A stretch of DNA of 64,000 nucleotides from Bdellovibrionota bacterium. GTDB lineage: Bacteria > Bdellovibrionota > Bdellovibrionia > Bdellovibrionales > JAEYZS01. The notes beneath the pieces are model-generated. The model made no database searches, was not told the origin of the DNA, and saw only the letters and a list, made by a program, of their open reading frames with translations. Below, piece after piece: positions 63,606 through 64,000 of the stretch (position 1 is the stretch's first letter; every line of letters begins with the position of its first letter). The DNA lies in contig JAZKEU010000007.1 of NCBI GenBank assembly GCA_040386775.1, forward strand, positions 19,459 to 83,458. Direction: 5' to 3'. The position numbers and the translations under genes were made by a program.

Positions 63606-64000
63606 ATGAAAATTCTTTTAAGTATACTGATTTTATTATCTGTAATAAATGTTCAAGCTGGCGATGTTGAGCTGAGCTGGGGTGAATCTATAACTATAGG
63701 TTCTACTCAAGTGACTTGTGGACCATCTAACACCAATTCTTGTTCTGATGATGAGAATCCTTATGTCGTATGCATTAATAAAGGTTATCAACCATCGACT
63801 TGTGCAGTATTAACTAACGGTTGTGATTCTGGCCAAGTAGCCTGCTTGAATAAAGGCTATCAACCCAGCACGTGCGCAAATGGATCTGGTGAAGATGACT
63901 CCGGTAATCAATCTTGCGAAGACAGCAATAATCCTTATATCGTATGCATTGATAAAGGTTATCAACCATCGACTTGTGCAGTATTAACTAACGGTTGTGA
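63606..64000 (+). CDS. secreted Cys-rich repeat protein (partial, continues past window end)
   Basis: Not in track because it has no stop in the window. RBS AAAGGAGAG. MKILLSILILLSVINVQA/GD.., then three C[IL][ND]KGYQPSTC motifs. A 71-nt segment repeats almost exactly at a 174-nt period. Confidence 0.65.
   Translation, partial: MKILLSILILLSVINVQAGDVELSWGESITIGSTQVTCGPSNTNSCSDDENPYVVCINKGYQPSTCAVLTNGCDSGQVACLNKGYQPSTCANGSGEDDSGNQSCEDSNNPYIVCIDKGYQPSTCAVLTNGC

Noticed and set aside
1-64000. Looked for CRISPR arrays, rRNA genes, IS/transposase or integrase genes, additional tRNAs, and known defence-system enzymes.
   Set aside because: I found no regularly spaced direct repeats, no rRNA-like sequence, and no DDE/tyrosine-recombinase motifs in any long ORF. 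The only RNA gene I could fold is tRNA-Ala at 62832..62907. The scan was by eye, so small ncRNAs may be missed.

Overview
This is a low-GC, gene-dense bacterial chromosomal window of about 70 genes. The gene content fits a Bdellovibrio/Bacteriovorax-like (former deltaproteobacterial) organism: a Myxococcus-style pil cluster, a TIGR02147-type regulator and many secreted paralog families. That placement is inference only. Housekeeping genes recognised from the translations are coaE, addB/addA-like helicase-nuclease, pyrE, nadB, alr, mlaE/mlaF/mlaD-like, purH, cysE, ttcA, an rsmI-like gene, rarA, mepA and tRNA-Ala(TGC). A type IV pilus block runs ABC ATPase, ABC permease, pilD, pilMNOPQ. A sensor kinase sits next to a REC-GGDEF response regulator. 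The most interesting locus is a compact minus-strand operon at 44.7-47.9 kb. It encodes a Sec-signal, Cys/Lys/His-rich small peptide, a DUF692 (MNIO) enzyme, a DUF2063 partner, DoxX, an ECF sigma and a zf-HC2 anti-sigma. This is the architecture of bufferin/Hvf-type RiPP metallophore clusters, here with a divergent core peptide and an in-frame TAG near the 5' end of the MNIO gene. Other accessory-looking content: a triplicated outer-membrane barrel family interleaved with acidic Cys-rich lipoproteins (1.8-6.8 kb); a repeated 38-nt palindromic extragenic element; several tandem secreted paralog pairs; a HigBA-like toxin-antitoxin pair; and, downstream of the tRNA, a start-less ParB-like fragment plus a Cys-rich repeat protein. 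I saw no CRISPR array, rRNA, transposase or integrase.
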